In this document: positions 41,786 to 52,267 of the stretch, piece after piece
Numbering within the stretch: position 1 is the stretch's first letter
Layout: each line of letters begins with the position of its first letter
Assembly: GCA_965233135.1 (NCBI GenBank)
Contig: CBDDRM010000028.1
Span: forward strand, 100,331 to 164,330
Direction of reading: 5' to 3'
Source: an uncultured bacterium
GTDB taxonomy: Bacteria; Pseudomonadota; Gammaproteobacteria; Burkholderiales; JACQAP01
DNA length: 64,000 nucleotides
The notes under the pieces: model-generated
Told to the model about the DNA's origin: nothing
What the model saw: the letters and a program-made list of their open reading frames with translations, nothing else
The model's database searches: none
Made by a program: the position numbers and the translations under genes

Positions 41786-43132
41786 ATGAAAAAGCACCAC
41801 AACAACACCCGGCTGATCTGCCAACTGTCAGCAGCAGCAGCCCTGGTACTGTCCGCCAATGCGATGGCGGACGACGCGTTCAGCGCCGACTCCAAGTGGA
41901 TGACCGGTGATTGGGGCGGCGAACGTACCAAACTGATCGAGCAAGGTATCGACATCAAGGCGGATTACGTCGGTGAAGTCGGTGGCAACCTTGGCGGCGG
42001 CTACAACAACGACAAGACTGCCCGTTACGCTGACCAGTTCGGTCTGGGCGTGGCACTGGACCTGCAAAAGCTGTGGGGCTGGGACAACACCCAGGCCAAG
42101 ATCCAGTTGACCAATCGTAATGGCGCAAACATCTCCAACGACCGTATCGGTGACCCGCGTGCCGGCACCTTGAGTTCGTCTCAAGAAGTCGACGGCCGAG
42201 GCCACATGGTGCGTCTGACCCAGTTCTGGGTTCAGCACCAGATGTTCGACAACAAGCTGGACGTGAAGCTCGGTTACTTCGGTGAAGGCGAAGACTTCAA
42301 CACCTTCCCGTGCGACTTCCAGAACCTGTCGTTCTGCGGCTCCCAGGTCGGTAACTATGTAAACACCTGGTACAACTGGCCAGTCGCCCAGGCGGCTATT
42401 CGCGTGAAGTACAACATCACGCCTGAACTGTATGCGCAAATCGGTGCATACAACCAGAACCCGTCGCAACTGGAGCACGGCAACGGCTTCAAGCTCAGCG
42501 GCAGCGGCACCAAGGGCACCGTGATTCCGGTGGAATTGGTCTGGTCGCCTAAGGTCAATGGCCTGCCGGGTGAATACCGTGTGGGTTACTACAAGAGCGC
42601 CGCGGACGCCAACGACGTACTTAAAGATGTCAATGGCAACGATGCAGCCACCACTGGGGCAGCCTACCGTGTGCGCAGCAGCAAAACCGGCTATTGGGGC
42701 GTCGTGCAACAGCAACTCACTACCCACAATGGCGACGCTTCCCGCGGCTTGAACATCGCGGCCAACGCCACCTTCCACGACAAAGACACCAACCTGGTCG
42801 ACAACTACCAGTCGGTGATGCTTGTGTACAAAGGCCCATTCGACGCCCGTACCAAGGATGACGTGGGTATCGGTGTGTCCCGTATCCATGCCAACAGCGA
42901 CGTGAAGAAAAACGCCGAGCTGTATAACGAGGCCAACGGTTTCACCGATTACAGCGAAGCGGGTTACGCACCGCTGCGCAACACCGAATACAACGTCGAA
43001 CTGAACTACGGCATCCACGTCACCAACTGGCTGACCGTGCGTCCCAACCTGCAATACATCGCCAACCCAGGTGGTGTTAAGCAAGTCGACAACGCGGTGG
43101 TAGCGGGCCTGAAAATTCAGTCTACGTTCTAA
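41786..43132 (+). CDS. oprB: Carbohydrate-selective porin OprB
   Basis: 448 aa with a signal peptide and terminal ...AGLKIQSTF. It occupies the conserved position after gltK in Pseudomonas. Confidence 0.93.
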   Translation: MKKHHNNTRLICQLSAAAALVLSANAMADDAFSADSKWMTGDWGGERTKLIEQGIDIKADYVGEVGGNLGGGYNNDKTARYADQFGLGVALDLQKLWGWDNTQAKIQLTNRNGANISNDRIGDPRAGTLSSSQEVDGRGHMVRLTQFWVQHQMFDNKLDVKLGYFGEGEDFNTFPCDFQNLSFCGSQVGNYVNTWYNWPVAQAAIRVKYNITPELYAQIGAYNQNPSQLEHGNGFKLSGSGTKGTVIPVELVWSPKVNGLPGEYRVGYYKSAADANDVLKDVNGNDAATTGAAYRVRSSKTGYWGVVQQQLTTHNGDASRGLNIAANATFHDKDTNLVDNYQSVMLVYKGPFDARTKDDVGIGVSRIHANSDVKKNAELYNEANGFTDYSEAGYAPLRNTEYNVELNYGIHVTNWLTVRPNLQYIANPGGVKQVDNAVVAGLKIQSTF

Positions 43133-43170
43133 CGTTGTTGCGATAAGCTCCTTCTCTCTGTGCGCATTTT

Positions 43171-43200
43171 GCGGGTAGCCATGGCTATCCGCTTTTTTTT
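43171..43200 (+). terminator. Intrinsic terminator after oprB
   Basis: GCGGGTAGCCATGGCTATCCGC hairpin followed by T8. Confidence 0.85.
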
Positions 43201-43201
43201 G

Positions 43202-43281
43202 TGTGGGAGCTGGCTTGCCTGCGATGCGCGCCCCGCGGTGTATCTGCCACACCGAGGCGATGCCATCGCAGGCAAGCCAGC
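43202..43281. repeat. Pseudomonas REP pair (GGGAGCTGGCTTGCCTGCGATG family)
   Basis: TGTGGGAGCTGGCTTGCCTGCGATG (43202-43226) faces CATCGCAGGCAAGCCAGC (43264-43281). The same family recurs at 63853. Confidence 0.85.
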
Positions 43282-43310
43282 GCCTGCAAAGATATTCAGG
43301 ACCGTGGCAC

Positions 43311-44156
43311 ATGCATGAGCATCCGCTGCAACGCTTTTTCAAATCCCTGCGCGAGCGGCCGGTATTCGCCTGGGAACGCTTCCAGATGCGCGATGTGCTG
43401 GTGATCGATCACCCGCTCTGCCAGGCGGTGTTCAGTCGCCAGGGCGCGCAATTGCTGCACTTTCAGCCCACGGGCCAGAAGCCCTGGCTGTGGTGCGCGG
43501 CCAAGTGGCCGCAGGTCGGCGCCATCCGTGGCGGCGTGCCGGTGTGTTGGCCGTGGTATGGCCGCCATCCCAGCGAAAACGCCTGGCCGTCCCATGGTTG
43601 GGCACGGCTGATCGACTGGAAATTGCTGGACAGCAGCACCGACGACGACGGCGTGCGTTTGCACTGGCAATTGCAGCTATGCGACTGGCAGGTGGACCTG
43701 CATGCACACCTGGGGGAAACCCTGGAGCTGCGCCTGGCCACCGAGCACCAGGACGAGCTGCCGTGCCAATTGAGCCATGCTTTGCACGCTTATTGGCGGA
43801 TTGGCAACGTTGGTGAGATAGCGCTGTCTGGGCTCGATGGCGCGCAGGGCTACGACCAGCTGAATCGCCAGGCGTGCCAGCAGGAAGGCGAGTTGCGTGT
43901 CGATGGTGGGTGTCAGCGGGTGTTCCAGCACGACGGTGAACTGCACCTCAAGGACCATGCCTGGCAGCGCGAATTGTGCATCGACACCGGCGAGAGTGCC
44001 GACACGGTGGTGTGGCACCCGGGGAGTCGACCGTTGCTGGGGGTGAGCTTCAACGAGGCTGCAGGGTTTGTGTGTGTGGAGTCGGCAATGGCTGCTGCGA
44101 GCCTGGCGCCGGGGGAGCGGGCGCATTTGAGTTTGCAGGCGCGGGCGGGGGCTTGA
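43311..44156 (+). CDS. D-hexose-6-phosphate mutarotase (glucose-6-phosphate 1-epimerase, YeaD family)
   Basis: Start taken at MHEHPLQRFF, because the upstream part of the ORF is REP sequence. GGVPVCWPWYG and VVWHPG are aldose-epimerase-like motifs. It occupies the conserved position between oprB and hexR. Confidence 0.8.
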   Translation: MHEHPLQRFFKSLRERPVFAWERFQMRDVLVIDHPLCQAVFSRQGAQLLHFQPTGQKPWLWCAAKWPQVGAIRGGVPVCWPWYGRHPSENAWPSHGWARLIDWKLLDSSTDDDGVRLHWQLQLCDWQVDLHAHLGETLELRLATEHQDELPCQLSHALHAYWRIGNVGEIALSGLDGAQGYDQLNRQACQQEGELRVDGGCQRVFQHDGELHLKDHAWQRELCIDTGESADTVVWHPGSRPLLGVSFNEAAGFVCVESAMAAASLAPGERAHLSLQARAGA

Positions 44157-44186
44157 TCCGGATGTTCCGGTGTTGCTGATGCCGCT

Positions 44187-44268
44187 TTCGCGAGCAAGCC
44201 CGCTCCCACATTAGACCGAGTTCCACTTTTGGAATGCAGTCGAATGTGGGAGCGGGCTTGCTCGCGAA
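44187..44268. repeat. Pseudomonas REP pair (GTGGGAGCGGGCTTGCTCGCGAA family)
   Basis: TTCGCGAGCAAGCCCGCTCCCACA (44187-44210) and TGTGGGAGCGGGCTTGCTCGCGAA (44245-44268) form an inverted pair between convergent genes. Confidence 0.9.
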
Positions 44269-44298
44269 GAGGCCGGCACATTCACAGCAGATTCGGGC

Positions 44299-45168
44299 CT
44301 AGTTGAATTCATCCCCAACCGGATACCGGCTGTCGTTCAAGCTCTCTTTGATCTTGCGCAAATGCGGCTGGAAATCCACCCCGCGACGCAAGGTCATGCC
44401 CGTCGCCAGCACATCCAGCACCGTCAACTGAATGATCCGCGAGGTCATCGGCATGTAGATGTCGGTGTCTTCCGGCAACGGAATGTTCAGGCTCACCGTA
44501 CTGGCCTTGGCCAGCGGCGAGTTTTCGGCGGTCACGCCCAGCACCGAGGCGCCGTTTTCCCGCGCAATACGTGCTACTTCCACCAGTTCACGGGTACGCC
44601 CGGTGTAGGAAATGATCACGAACAACTCCCCGGTGTGGGCCACCGAGGCGATCATCCGCTGCATCAGCACATCGGCGTGGGCCGTGACCGACAGGTTGAA
44701 ACGGAAAAACTTGTGCAGCGCGTCCATGGCCACCGGCGCCGAAGCACCCAGGCCGAAGAAGTGGATCTGCCGAGCCTGGATCAGCAGGTCGACGGCCTTG
44801 CTGATCAGGTTCGGGTCCAGGGCCTGGCAGGCGCTGTCGAGGGACGCGATGGCACTGCCGAAGATCTTCTGGGTGTAGGCCTCCGGGTTATCATCGGCCT
44901 CCACCGCGCGGCTGACATACGCCGCGCCGCTGGCCAGGCTTTGCGCCAGCTGCAATTTAAGTTCAGGGTAACCACTCACGCCGAACGAGCGGCAGAAGCG
45001 GTTCACTGTAGGTTCGCTGACCGAAGCGGCCTGGGCGAGGGCGGCGATAGAGAAGCGGGTCGCCTGCTGCGGGTTGAGCAGGATGACCTCGGCGACTTTA
45101 CGTTCAGCCTTGTTCAGTTCTTCGAGGCGTTTCTGGATCTGTTCCAGTAGATTTCGCACGCGGTCCAT
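44299..45168 (-). CDS. hexR: RpiR-family transcriptional repressor HexR
   Basis: N-terminal HTH ([23 protein letters not shown]) plus a SIS domain. 289 aa, divergent from zwf as in Pseudomonas. Confidence 0.93.
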   Translation of the reverse strand: MDRVRNLLEQIQKRLEELNKAERKVAEVILLNPQQATRFSIAALAQAASVSEPTVNRFCRSFGVSGYPELKLQLAQSLASGAAYVSRAVEADDNPEAYTQKIFGSAIASLDSACQALDPNLISKAVDLLIQARQIHFFGLGASAPVAMDALHKFFRFNLSVTAHADVLMQRMIASVAHTGELFVIISYTGRTRELVEVARIARENGASVLGVTAENSPLAKASTVSLNIPLPEDTDIYMPMTSRIIQLTVLDVLATGMTLRRGVDFQPHLRKIKESLNDSRYPVGDEFN

Positions 45169-45293
45169 TCATGTTTCCTTAGGGCGACGATGCAAATAAG
45201 GGTCGTCAACCAATCGACGAGCGGCCCTTTGCGGTGGCCTATCCTACTGAGGGTAGTTGAACACCACCACTCGGAATACGTTTTTCGGGAAAA

Positions 45294-45312
45294 TGTTGTG
45301 GTTATTACTACA
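45294..45312. promoter_or_regulatory. Candidate HexR operator in hexR-zwf intergenic region
   Basis: TGTTGTGGTTATTACTACA is an imperfect palindrome (TGTTGT / ACTACA half-sites) of the TTGT-N-ACAA type reported for Pseudomonas HexR. It lies 66 nt upstream of the zwf ATG. Confidence 0.5.
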
Positions 45313-45377
45313 TTTTTCCTTGAGTGATGCCTTAAAAAAAGGTATTTGTAGCTTAACTTGATAAAAGAACAAACATC

Positions 45378-46844
45378 ATGCCTTCGATAACCGTAGAACC
45401 CTGCACCTTTGCCCTGTTTGGCGCCTTGGGTGATCTGGCGCTGCGCAAGTTATTTCCTGCCCTCTATCAACTCGATGGTGCGGGCCTGCTGCACGAAGAC
45501 ACGCGCATCCTGGCCCTGGCCCGTGAGGCCGGTTCCGAGCAACAGCACCTGGCCCACATCGAAAAAGAATTGCGTGGTTACGTTGGCAAGGAACTGGACG
45601 AAACCGTCGCCCAACGTTTCCTGGCCCGCCTGACGTACCTGCATGTCGACTTCCTGAAGGCCGATGACTACGTCGCCCTGGCAGAGAACGCCGGCACTGA
45701 ACAACGCCTGATCGCCTACTTCGCCACCCCGGCGGCGGTGTATGGCGCGATCTGCGAGAACCTGTCCAAGGTCGGCCTGGCGGAAAACACCCGCGTGGTC
45801 CTGGAAAAACCCATCGGTTCGGACCTGGATTCCTCGCGCAAGGTCAACGACGCCGTGGCGCAGTTCTTCCCGGAAAACCGCACCTACCGCATCGACCACT
45901 ACCTGGGCAAAGAGACCGTCCAGAACCTGATCGCCCTGCGTTTTGCCAACAGCCTGTTTGAAACCCAGTGGAACCAGAACTACATCTCCCACGTGGAAAT
46001 CACCGTGGCCGAGCAAGTAGGCATCGAAGGTCGCTGGGGCTATTTCGACAAGGCCGGGCAGCTGCGGGACATGATCCAGAATCACCTGCTGCAGCTGCTG
46101 TGCCTGATCGCCATGGACCCGCCGGCCGACCTGTCTGCCGACAGTATTCGGGACGAGAAGGTCAAGGTGCTCAAGGCCCTGGCGCCCATCAGCCCGGACG
46201 GCCTGACCACCCAGGTGGTGCGTGGCCAATACATCGCCGGCTACAGCGCCGGCAAGCCGGTACCGGGTTACCTGGAAGAAGAGAACTCCAACACCCAGAG
46301 CGACACCGAGACCTTCGTCGCCCTGCGTGCCGATATCCGTAACTGGCGTTGGGCCGGGGTGCCGTTCTACCTGCGTACCGGCAAGCGCATGCCGCAAAAA
46401 CTGTCGCAGATCGTCATCCACTTCAAGGAACCGTCCCACTACATCTTCGCCCCGGAGCAGCGCTTGCAGATCAGCAACAAACTGATCATCCGCCTGCAAC
46501 CGGACGAAGGGATTTCCTTGCGCGTGATGACCAAGGAGCAGGGCCTGGACAAGGGCATGCAACTGCGCAGCGGCCCGCTGCAACTGAATTTTTCCGACAC
46601 CTATCGCAGCGCACGGATTCCCGATGCCTACGAGCGGCTGTTGCTGGAAGTAATGCGTGGCAACCAGAACCTGTTTGTGCGCAAAGATGAAATCGAAGCT
46701 GCGTGGAAGTGGTGTGACCAGTTGATCGCCGGATGGAAAAAATCCGGTGATGCGCCCAAGCCGTACGCGGCGGGCTCCTGGGGGCCAATGAGCTCGATTG
46801 CACTGATCACGCGGGACGGGAGGTCTTGGTATGGCGATATCTGA
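45378..46844 (+). CDS. zwf: Glucose-6-phosphate 1-dehydrogenase
   Basis: [23 protein letters not shown] and [11 protein letters not shown] motifs. 488 aa. Confidence 0.97.
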   Translation: MPSITVEPCTFALFGALGDLALRKLFPALYQLDGAGLLHEDTRILALAREAGSEQQHLAHIEKELRGYVGKELDETVAQRFLARLTYLHVDFLKADDYVALAENAGTEQRLIAYFATPAAVYGAICENLSKVGLAENTRVVLEKPIGSDLDSSRKVNDAVAQFFPENRTYRIDHYLGKETVQNLIALRFANSLFETQWNQNYISHVEITVAEQVGIEGRWGYFDKAGQLRDMIQNHLLQLLCLIAMDPPADLSADSIRDEKVKVLKALAPISPDGLTTQVVRGQYIAGYSAGKPVPGYLEEENSNTQSDTETFVALRADIRNWRWAGVPFYLRTGKRMPQKLSQIVIHFKEPSHYIFAPEQRLQISNKLIIRLQPDEGISLRVMTKEQGLDKGMQLRSGPLQLNFSDTYRSARIPDAYERLLLEVMRGNQNLFVRKDEIEAAWKWCDQLIAGWKKSGDAPKPYAAGSWGPMSSIALITRDGRSWYGDI

Positions 46845-47544
46845 TTTGAAACTGCCTCAGGGCGTGACTGCCCATGAGTACCGCAACCCGGTGCTGCTGG
46901 CGGATGGCTTGGCCAATGACGTGGCCGAACAACTGCGCGCGGCCATTAGTGCCCGTGGCGAGGCGACCCTGGTGGTGTCCGGCGGCCGCAGCCCGGTGGC
47001 GTTCTTCCAGAACCTCGCCAAGCAAGGCCTGGACTGGTCCAAGGTGACCATCACCCTGGCCGACGAGCGCTGGGTGCCGGTGGAACATGCCGACAGCAAT
47101 GCCGGCCTGTTGAAGAAGTATTTGCTGCAAGGCCCGGCGGCCAAGGCCAAGTTCCTGAGCCTGTACAGCGTCGCCGCCACCCTTGACGACGCTGCCGAGC
47201 AGGCCGATCGCCTGCTGGCCGAGTTGCCGACGATTGATGTGCTGGTACTGGGCATGGGCGACGACGGCCACACCGCGTCGCTGTTCCCCAACAGCCCGAA
47301 CCTGGCTGAAGCGTTGAAGCCGGACGGCAGCCGTCGTTGCTGGCCGATGCTGGCGCCGACTGTGCCGCACCAGCGCCTGACCATGAGTCGCGCGCTGCTG
47401 GCCACCGCCCACTACACCGTGCTGTCGATTTCAGGCAGCTCGAAATTGACCACCTTGAGCGCCGCGCTGGCCAGTGACGACGTTGCTGCCATGCCGATAC
47501 GCGCGTTTTTGCAACCTACTCTAGAGATTTACTGGTGCCCATGA
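46831..47544 (+). CDS. pgl: 6-phosphogluconolactonase
   Basis: LVVSGGRSP...[14 protein letters not shown]. It overlaps the zwf end by 14 nt. Confidence 0.93.
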   Translation: MAISDLKLPQGVTAHEYRNPVLLADGLANDVAEQLRAAISARGEATLVVSGGRSPVAFFQNLAKQGLDWSKVTITLADERWVPVEHADSNAGLLKKYLLQGPAAKAKFLSLYSVAATLDDAAEQADRLLAELPTIDVLVLGMGDDGHTASLFPNSPNLAEALKPDGSRRCWPMLAPTVPHQRLTMSRALLATAHYTVLSISGSSKLTTLSAALASDDVAAMPIRAFLQPTLEIYWCP

Positions 47545-48227
47545 GCCAAGGATCAGCCGCGATGAACAGCCCTCAACCTACCGTTTCCATGGCGGACAAA
47601 GTTGCCTTGATCGACAGCCTCTGCGCCAAGGCGCGGATCCTGCCGGTGATCACCATTGCCCGTGAACAGGACATCCTGCCGCTGGCCGATGCCCTGGCAG
47701 CCGGTGGTTTGACCGCACTGGAAGTGACCCTGCGTTCGCAGTTCGGCCTCAAGGCCATCCAGGTACTGCGTGAGCAGCGTCCGGAGCTGTGCACCGGTGC
47801 CGGTACCGTGCTGGATCGTCATATGCTGGAAGCGGCCGAAGTGGCCGGTTCGCAATTTATCGTCACTCCCGGGATTACCCGTGACCTGCTGGAAGCCTCG
47901 GTACACAGCTCGATTCCGCTGTTGCCGGGCATCAGCAATGCCTCCGGGATCATGGAAGGTTATGGCCTGGGTTATCGCCGTTTCAAGCTGTTCCCGGCTG
48001 AAGTCAGCGGTGGCGTGGCGGCGATCAAGGCCCTGGGCGGCCCGTTTGGCGAAGTGAAATTCTGCCCGACTGGCGGGGTTGGCCCGGCCAACATCAAGAG
48101 CTACATGGCGTTGAAAAATGTGATGTGCGTGGGCGGTAGCTGGATGCTTGATCCGGAATGGGTCAAGAACGGCGACTGGGCACGCATCCAGGAAACCACC
48201 GCCGAGGCGCTGGCCCTGCTGGACTGA
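47541..48227 (+). CDS. eda: KHG/KDPG aldolase (2-dehydro-3-deoxy-phosphogluconate aldolase)
   Basis: ILPVITIAREQDILPLADALAAGGLTALEVTLRS...FKLFPAE...FCPTGGV. The start is ambiguous (47535, 47541 or 47562). Confidence 0.93.
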   Translation: MSQGSAAMNSPQPTVSMADKVALIDSLCAKARILPVITIAREQDILPLADALAAGGLTALEVTLRSQFGLKAIQVLREQRPELCTGAGTVLDRHMLEAAEVAGSQFIVTPGITRDLLEASVHSSIPLLPGISNASGIMEGYGLGYRRFKLFPAEVSGGVAAIKALGGPFGEVKFCPTGGVGPANIKSYMALKNVMCVGGSWMLDPEWVKNGDWARIQETTAEALALLD

Positions 48228-48328
48228 TTGGATTTACCGAATCGTTGTTGCTGTGTTCTACGGCATTTTTGCGGTGCACTTGGTCGGTGTGCCGCTTTTT
48301 TTTGCCTGCGGAAAATGGCCCACTCCCA

Positions 48329-48430
48329 CTGTAGGAGCGAGCTTGCTCGCGAAAAAACCGAGAGCACCGCTGGGTGTCAGGTTTCCCGTGTCATCGTTAA
48401 CGACCTTCGCGAGCAAGCTCGCTCCTACAG
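48329..48430. repeat. Pseudomonas REP pair (TGTAGGAGCGAGCTTGCTCGCGAA variant)
   Basis: CTGTAGGAGCGAGCTTGCTCGCGAA (48329-48353) and its exact reverse complement (48406-48430). The second arm touches the stop of the convergent aminotransferase gene. Confidence 0.9.
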
Positions 48431-49606
48431 TGATATCGCGCTCAGTTCGGTGATGGCTTTGATCAGCGCATGAATGTCTGCCGCTGACGTCAAAAAGCCT
48501 GGTGTCACCCGAATACAACTGCCGAACGAGGCCCCGCTGCGGGTTGTGGTGAAGAGGTTGTATTCCTTGAGCAGTCGGTCCGCCATCACCTGCTGATCCG
48601 GCTTGTCAGTGAACTTGAACGACGTGATCGCGCAATACAGCCGTGGGTCGTCCGGCGTCAGCACTTCAATTCCCGGCAACTGCCGCACCTCACTCACCCA
48701 CAAATCCCGCAGGTAATTAAGGCGGGCGCCCTTGGCCCTGGATCCACCCAGCAAACGATGCTCTTCGAACACCAGCGGCAAGGTCATCAACGCCGGGAAA
48801 TTCGGCGTGCTGTATGGCGTGCGGGCACGTACATCGGTGGCCGGGTAATGAAACTCACCCATGTCCGGATCAATGTCTGCCAACCGTTGCGGGTCGATAT
48901 AAATAAAGCCCAGGGTCAACGGCGCACCGATCCACTTGTGCAGGTTGAAACCGGCAAACGCGATACCCAACTGCGCCAGGTTGAACTCGATCTGCCCCAG
49001 CGCATGGGCGCCATCGAGGATCACATCAATTCCATGTTCCCTGGCAGCGCCGGCAATCGCCTCCACCGGCATCACCAGCCCGGTGCGGTGAGTCACGTAG
49101 GTCAGTGCCAGCAGTTTCAGGCGGGGATAGCGCAGGAACGCATCGCGATACGTCTGCACCAGGCTGTCGAAACTGGCCGGGTGTTCGTGGGCAATTTCGA
49201 TCACTTCTACACCGCGATTCTGCGCCAGCCAGCGCATGGCGCCCTTGACGGTGTCGTACTCCAGGTCGCTGATCAGCACCTGGTCGCCGGGCTGCAAGCG
49301 GTTGTAGTTGCGGATCAGCGACTGCAACGCATCCGAGGCGCAGCGGGTGAGGGCGATGGCTTCAGGATCGGCGTCCATCAACTGCGCCAACTGGTTACGG
49401 ATCTCGACGTTTTCGCCCTGCTCGAAACGCTGGCGCACATGGATCGAGTTGCTGCGGTTGATGAAGGCGACGTTGTCCTGATACTGCTCAAGTACCGCGC
49501 GGCTCATGCGCCCGAAGTAACCGTTTTCGAGGTTGATCGGGCCGGGCTCCAGGTCGTAGCGCTGGGCGATGGCGTGCCAGTGTTGTTCGTCGCGGGTACT
49601 GTCCAT
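48425..49606 (-). CDS. Class-V aminotransferase (isopenicillin-N-epimerase/cysteine-desulfurase-like)
   Basis: 393 aa. It has ILDGAHALGQ and the PLP-Lys motif NLHKW. Confidence 0.75.
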   Translation of the reverse strand: MDSTRDEQHWHAIAQRYDLEPGPINLENGYFGRMSRAVLEQYQDNVAFINRSNSIHVRQRFEQGENVEIRNQLAQLMDADPEAIALTRCASDALQSLIRNYNRLQPGDQVLISDLEYDTVKGAMRWLAQNRGVEVIEIAHEHPASFDSLVQTYRDAFLRYPRLKLLALTYVTHRTGLVMPVEAIAGAAREHGIDVILDGAHALGQIEFNLAQLGIAFAGFNLHKWIGAPLTLGFIYIDPQRLADIDPDMGEFHYPATDVRARTPYSTPNFPALMTLPLVFEEHRLLGGSRAKGARLNYLRDLWVSEVRQLPGIEVLTPDDPRLYCAITSFKFTDKPDQQVMADRLLKEYNLFTTTRSGASFGSCIRVTPGFLTSAADIHALIKAITELSAISL

Positions 49607-49618
49607 GTGCGTGCTCTA

Positions 49619-49900
49619 TTAATGACGAGGGGCAGGCTTGCCGTGTTTGGCGCGTAGGGGTTCCAGCAGTTCGGATAAACCGTTGTGGTCGATTTCCTGC
49701 ATCAGGGCCAGCAACCCGCCCAGTTCGCCGTGGGGGAAACCTTCACGGGCGAACCAGTTCAGGTAGGGGCCGGGCAGGTCGGCAATGATCCGGCCCTTGT
49801 ACTTGCCGAAGGGCATTTCGCGGGTGATCAGCAGTTCAAGTTTTTCAGGGTTCATTGCGGCTTCAGGTGTTTGAGTCGGTGCTTTGGAAAATACAGGCAT
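49619..49900 (-). CDS. DUF3820-family small protein
   Basis: MPFGKYKGRIIADLPGPYLNWFAREGFPHGELG is characteristic of this family. The start may be the internal Met at 49855. Confidence 0.6.
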   Translation of the reverse strand: MPVFSKAPTQTPEAAMNPEKLELLITREMPFGKYKGRIIADLPGPYLNWFAREGFPHGELGGLLALMQEIDHNGLSELLEPLRAKHGKPAPRH

Positions 49901-50061
49901 TCTGCATGGAGGCCAAATGACAGATCATGCAAATAAAGCGGATACAGATTTTTGTGTATTGGCTAACTTATTGAAATTTAAGTAATAAATTGTTTTTCAA
50001 AAGCTGGCACGGGCGCTGCAATTACTAATACACGTTTCTTAACCCGCGAAGGAATTGAAAA

Positions 50062-50529
50062 ATGACTGATATCAACAAAGAATCGATCTCCGTACTCAAC
50101 GACCTGATCGAGACCAGCAAAGACGGCCAGGAAGGCTTCAAGACCTGCGCAGAAGACATCAAGCACCCTGAACTCAAAGCCCTGTTTGCCAAACGTTCCG
50201 TTGATTGCGGTACCGCCGCTGCCGAACTGCAGACCGCAGTAAGAGCACTGGGTGGCGATCCGGAAGATTCCGGCAGCGTCGCCGGTGCCTTGCACCGTGG
50301 TTGGGTCGACGTGAAGTCGATGGTGACCGGTAAAGACGAAGAAGCCGTGCTGAACGAAGCCGAGCGCGGTGAAGACCACGCACTGAAGGCTTACAAAGAA
50401 GCGATCGAGAAGATCAACAAGCACAACCTGCTGGGCATTCGTGACTTGGTAGAGCGTCAGTTCCACGGCGCGCAACGCAACCACGACCAGGTGAAAGCCC
50501 TGCGTAACCAGGCTCGCGCTCAGTCTTGA
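50062..50529 (+). CDS. PA2169-family four-helix-bundle (ferritin-like, DUF2383) protein
   Basis: 155 aa. LNDLIETSKDGQEGFKTCAE...ERGEDHALKAYKEA is typical of this family. Confidence 0.7.
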   Translation: MTDINKESISVLNDLIETSKDGQEGFKTCAEDIKHPELKALFAKRSVDCGTAAAELQTAVRALGGDPEDSGSVAGALHRGWVDVKSMVTGKDEEAVLNEAERGEDHALKAYKEAIEKINKHNLLGIRDLVERQFHGAQRNHDQVKALRNQARAQS

Positions 50530-50542
50530 GCCCCGCCTGAAT

Positions 50543-50571
50543 AAAAAAGCCCCGCAGATGCGGGGCTTTTT
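50543..50571. terminator. Bidirectional intrinsic terminator
   Basis: AAAAAAGCCCCGCAGATGCGGGGCTTTTT lies between convergent genes. Confidence 0.85.
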
Positions 50572-50584
50572 CATGGGCGTTCGT

Positions 50585-51055
50585 TCAACCGATGCTGATG
50601 GCCGGCAGTTCGGTCAGGGTCACGGTCTGCTGCTTGCGTGGCGCGAGGATCTCGGCTTCGCCATCCACCACCAGTTCATCGCGCTGGTTGAATACGCGGG
50701 TGGCGATGCGCACGCGGAATTTCGGCAGCTTCTCGAGGATTTCCAGACGCACGGTCAGGGTGTCGCCGATTTTGACCGGCTTCTGGAAGGTCATTTGCTG
50801 GCCGATATAGATCGTGCCGGGCCCAGGCAACTCGCACGCAACCGCCGCGCTGATCAGGGCGCCGCTGAACATGCCGTGGGCAATGCGCTCCTTGAACATG
50901 GTCGCCTTGGCGAATTCGGCGTCCAGATGCACCGGGTTGTGGTCGCCGGACATTGCCGCGAACAACTGGATATCGCGCTCTTCGACGGTCTTGCTGTAGC
51001 TGGCGGTCTGGCCGACTTCGAGGGCTTCGTAAGGCGTGTTGGTAACCTGGGTCAT
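50585..51055 (-). CDS. phaJ: (R)-specific enoyl-CoA hydratase, MaoC/PhaJ1 type
   Basis: MTQVTNTPYEALEVGQ...LFAAMSGDHNPVHLD...RIAHGM closely parallels Pseudomonas PhaJ1. An alternative start is 51067. Confidence 0.85.
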   Translation of the reverse strand: MTQVTNTPYEALEVGQTASYSKTVEERDIQLFAAMSGDHNPVHLDAEFAKATMFKERIAHGMFSGALISAAVACELPGPGTIYIGQQMTFQKPVKIGDTLTVRLEILEKLPKFRVRIATRVFNQRDELVVDGEAEILAPRKQQTVTLTELPAISIG

Positions 51056-51113
51056 CAGTTGGTGCATCCTGTGGCTAATCAGAAATCTTAATATATTGAT
51101 TTTAAACGAAAAA

Positions 51114-52058
51114 TCATTCGCAGCGAGTAGGGCGGCGCAGCACTGCTGCCTGTGCCAGCCACGTCAGCACGTCGGCTGTGACCGCATCACGGTTGGTTTC
51201 GTTGAATAATTCGTGGCGCGCCTGTGGGTAAATGCTCAGCTCCAGGTGCTGGCAGCCGGCTTCACGCAACGCGTTGGCCAGACTTTTGAGACGCTTGCCT
51301 TCACTGACCGGATCACATTCACCGCCCATTATCAGGATCGGCAGCCCCGGGTCTATCTGAGCGAGATTGGACGCTTTGCTGATTTGCTGCAAGCCGCCCA
51401 GCAGGTCGATCCACAGCTGGTTGGTGCAACGGAAGCCGCAAAGCGGGTCGCTGACGTACTTGTCGACCTCGGCCGGGTCACGGCTGAGCCAGTCGAAAGC
51501 GGTGCGATTGGGTTTGAACGCCTTGTTGAACGATCCAAATGACAGGAAATCAATCAGCGCACTGCGCCCGCGCAACCCCTGGCGCAGGCGTTCGACATGG
51601 GCAATCACCTTGGCCGCGCCGTACAGCGCCACCGGCTGGAAATTCGAGCCGCTGAGAATCGCCCCGTTAAGGCTCGCGCTGTGGTGCAGCAGGTACGCCT
51701 GGGCAATGTAGCTGCCCATGCTGTGGCCCAGTAGGATGATCGGCACCCCCGGCGCTTGCTGGCCGATATGCTGGTTGAGGCTCGCCAGGTCGCCCACCAC
51801 CTTGTTCCAGCCGTCTTTCTCGGCGAACAGCCCCAGGGTGCCCTCGTCGGCGGTACGCCCGTGGCCGCGCTGGTCGGGGGCGTACAGGCCGTAGCCGGCA
51901 TCGCACAACGCCTGGGCCAGGCGGGCATAGCGGCCACTGTGCTCGGCCATGCCGTGGGCCAGCATGATCAGCGCCTTGGGCGGCCCGTCCGGCAGCCACT
52001 GGTTGACGTACACCCGACTGCGGTCATTCGCGGTCAGCCAGAAAGTGGTGTGGTTCAT
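51114..52058 (-). CDS. Alpha/beta hydrolase (lysophospholipase/monoacylglycerol-lipase-like)
   Basis: RBS AAGGAAG precedes the Met at 52058. HGMAEHSGRY and the nucleophile elbow GHSMGS are present. Confidence 0.8.
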   Translation of the reverse strand: MNHTTFWLTANDRSRVYVNQWLPDGPPKALIMLAHGMAEHSGRYARLAQALCDAGYGLYAPDQRGHGRTADEGTLGLFAEKDGWNKVVGDLASLNQHIGQQAPGVPIILLGHSMGSYIAQAYLLHHSASLNGAILSGSNFQPVALYGAAKVIAHVERLRQGLRGRSALIDFLSFGSFNKAFKPNRTAFDWLSRDPAEVDKYVSDPLCGFRCTNQLWIDLLGGLQQISKASNLAQIDPGLPILIMGGECDPVSEGKRLKSLANALREAGCQHLELSIYPQARHELFNETNRDAVTADVLTWLAQAAVLRRPTRCE

Positions 52059-52267
52059 GGCGCTTCCTTTGCTCAGGGTCGTTGCAGTGTATAGCTCATT
52101 CACCGCAGGCCGCTGGATCAGCGCTGGCCTTGGCGGGGAGATTCACACAATCAATGACGCATCTTGTTGTATTTGCCTGATTGACCATAGCTGCTAACGT
52201 CCCCAAAGCTCCGCTTTCATCGCAACATCAAAAGCGGCCGGACCACTCAGGTAAGAGGACAAGAATA

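Noticed and set aside
41828-43342. 504-aa minus-strand ORF.
   Set aside because: It is antisense to oprB and runs through the oprB terminator and a REP pair. It has no RBS or motifs.
48148-48518. Short ORFs overlapping REP elements here and at 53856-54065, 56104-56679, 58546-58731 and 44161-44281, encoding ...GAGLLAKA... or ...CGSGLARE... peptides.
   Set aside because: The conserved peptide strings are simply translations of the REP consensus in either orientation, not proteins.
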